Assembly: GCA_030167865.1 (NCBI GenBank)
Contig: JALAGF010004938.1
Location: forward strand, 1-32,478
Source: Craspedostauros australis
Lineage: Eukaryota
Direction: 5' to 3'
Length of the DNA stretch: 32,478 bases
This document shows positions 30,857-32,478 of the stretch, piece by piece. The notes under the pieces are model-generated. The model was not told the origin of the DNA, ran no database searches, and was given only the letters and a program-made list of their open reading frames with translations. The translations under genes were made by a program, and so were the position numbers. Within the stretch, counting starts at the first letter, position 1. Every line of letters begins with the position of its first letter.

Positions 30857-32478
30857 ATGAAGCTTTCTGCAGCATCGTTGCTCGCCCTTCTCGGGGGTGC
30901 AGCGGTCGATGCCTCTCCCGAACGTGAGCCCATGGCGGTCTCCAAGCCAACCTGCGCCAAGCCGGCCAAGAGCGGCAGCTGCCATGCGGCCGGTCTCGTC
31001 AACGCCAAGGATGAGGCCGTCGTTCTGGCTCCGGAGCAACCGGAGGATCCAGAATCCGTCCGCGTCGTCATCAAGCAGAACTTCTTCGAAGGGCAGGATG
31101 TCGACTTTGCGGGTTTGGTGATCCCATCCGTCTACACCAACGGCGAACCGGTCTGCATCGAACACTTCGGGCCCGTGACGTTTGGTTCCAACCTCTACAC
31201 TGCGGAGGGTCAAGCCATGGACATCATGTGTGACCCGCTCACCAACACGGCGAAGATCGCGATCTACATCTCCGACCATCGTCTCGACGGAGAGAAGCTC
31301 GAGGATCTTGCCGAAGACTTCGACGGTCGCTTCCCTGACGAATGCGATCTTGGGGAGTTCGTTCCCACGGAGATGTGCACCGTGACCTACGAGATCAAGT
31401 GCGGCTGCTCCGAGGATTCCGCTGAAGAGGAAGTGGAGATTGATGCCGATGCTGATTCCGATTCGAATGATGTCGATGAAGATACCGAACCAGCCGAGAT
31501 CGACACCAACGTCCAACGCAAGCTGGATGCCCAGCTGCGCCCAACCCCCGCACCGACCGGCTCGCCGACTGCGCCACCAAAAAAGACCAACGCCCCCAGC
31601 GTCAGCTTCGAGCCAACCACCAGCGTGGCACCAACTGGCGAGCAGGGTCCCGGCTGTGACGGAATCACCCACCTTCCAGATGGATACATCGACAAACTTC
31701 CATTCTGCTACGATGGCAGCAACTACGATGGAGTGTACCGAGGCCGCGGACGTGGCCGCGGCAAGGCTGCCACCACCTGCTACGTCGTCAACGAATCCGA
31801 ATGCGGACTCGTCGATTTCATGATCGAAGGCGCCAACTCGATGGACAACTACCGCACTTCCGATGTGTTCGACTGGTACCAGCACTGTGTCACCTCTTAC
31901 GAGTGCGCTCCCGAGCATGACAACAACGTAGACTTCACCTACGGAGCTCCGAACGTCAGGAAGGTGAGCTGGATCAATTCCAAAGGAGACGTTCCAGGAT
32001 ACTACCGATTCACCCTCGATGGAAACGGCGTCTCAGGCGGCGCATACAAGTGGAAGTGCCCAACCAAGGAAGCCGCGCACGGCATGAAGCACTTCACTGA
32101 CGCCGTGTACAACACTAAGATCCTTGGAGACGGGCGCAGACTGTTCGAAACTCCCGTCGGAACCTGCGAAAGTGCCGCCCCCTCCGAGAGCATGGTCCCC
32201 ACCTCCAGTCCAGCCCCATCCCTTCCCGTCGCTCCTGATTGTACCAAGGATCTTGGCTACCACTTCCCGTACGCAAAGCCAAGGACCANNNACCATGCCA
32301 AGCGATCGTCCGACGGACCATCTGGAAAGACCACCGTGGTGGTCAACAAGCATTGCCAGTACTACCTGTACGGAGGCGGTGTCCAGGGTAACAAGTACGT
32401 GAACAACGCCGAGGAGCTGGTCGAAGCCTTCGCCGAAGCCTGGGGCGCAACTCTCATCGACAATGGTGCCAAGTTCGA
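30857..32478 (+). CDS. Secreted modular Cys-domain / Pro-Thr-Ser-rich (mucin-like) cell-surface protein, 3'-truncated by the window edge
   Basis: Not in the ORF track because it has no stop in the window. ATG 30857 gives signal peptide MKLSAASLLALLGGAAVDA. The frame stays open through the NNN at 32289-32291 to the end. Cys-containing domains are separated by acidic and PTPAPTGSPT / APSESMVPTSSPAPS linkers that follow RKL and RRL motifs. Confidence 0.82.
   Translation, partial: MKLSAASLLALLGGAAVDASPEREPMAVSKPTCAKPAKSGSCHAAGLVNAKDEAVVLAPEQPEDPESVRVVIKQNFFEGQDVDFAGLVIPSVYTNGEPVCIEHFGPVTFGSNLYTAEGQAMDIMCDPLTNTAKIAIYISDHRLDGEKLEDLAEDFDGRFPDECDLGEFVPTEMCTVTYEIKCGCSEDSAEEEVEIDADADSDSNDVDEDTEPAEIDTNVQRKLDAQLRPTPAPTGSPTAPPKKTNAPSVSFEPTTSVAPTGEQGPGCDGITHLPDGYIDKLPFCYDGSNYDGVYRGRGRGRGKAATTCYVVNESECGLVDFMIEGANSMDNYRTSDVFDWYQHCVTSYECAPEHDNNVDFTYGAPNVRKVSWINSKGDVPGYYRFTLDGNGVSGGAYKWKCPTKEAAHGMKHFTDAVYNTKILGDGRRLFETPVGTCESAAPSESMVPTSSPAPSLPVAPDCTKDLGYHFPYAKPRTXXHAKRSSDGPSGKTTVVVNKHCQYYLYGGGVQGNKYVNNAEELVEAFAEAWGATLIDNGAKF

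Noticed and set aside
30839-31918. 359-aa minus-strand ORF
   Set aside because: It is the antisense shadow of the plus-strand secreted protein starting at 30857.
32289-32291. NNN ambiguity as a possible gene break
   Set aside because: The reading frame is preserved on both sides, although the true gap length is unknown.
1-32478. CRISPR arrays, rRNA/tRNA genes, transposon ORFs or terminal repeats
   Set aside because: None recognised by eye; the only repeats seen are simple microsatellites. tRNAscan-SE, Infernal and RepeatMasker would be needed to exclude small elements.

Overview
Eukaryotic nuclear DNA, almost certainly a diatom (inferred from GT-AG introns, several signal peptide + 'A-F/W' plastid-targeting N-termini, and a secreted Pro/Thr/Ser-rich RXL-motif protein). 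I can support 12 protein-coding genes; five are spliced and appear only as fragments in the ORF track, and the last runs off the window and is absent from it. In order: exostosin/GT47 glycosyltransferase, plastid tandem-S1 RNA-binding protein, a hidden 3-exon 88-aa membrane protein resembling ATP synthase subunit f, histone stem-loop-binding protein, plastid Asp/Asn beta-hydroxylase-domain protein, a tandem-PDZ + PPR fusion, a 13-exon ~1273-aa divergent Argonaute, SENP8-like protease, DEAD-box helicase, HpcH/HpaI aldolase, ZIFL-like MFS transporter and a secreted mucin-like protein. The most notable object is the Argonaute. It keeps the guide 5'-phosphate pocket but has lost three of four slicer residues, and it carries a ~130-aa insertion in MID and a four-cysteine insert in PIWI. 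All exon models were assembled by eye from splice signals and frame continuity; no searches were run. No rRNA, tRNA, CRISPR array or transposon was recognised.
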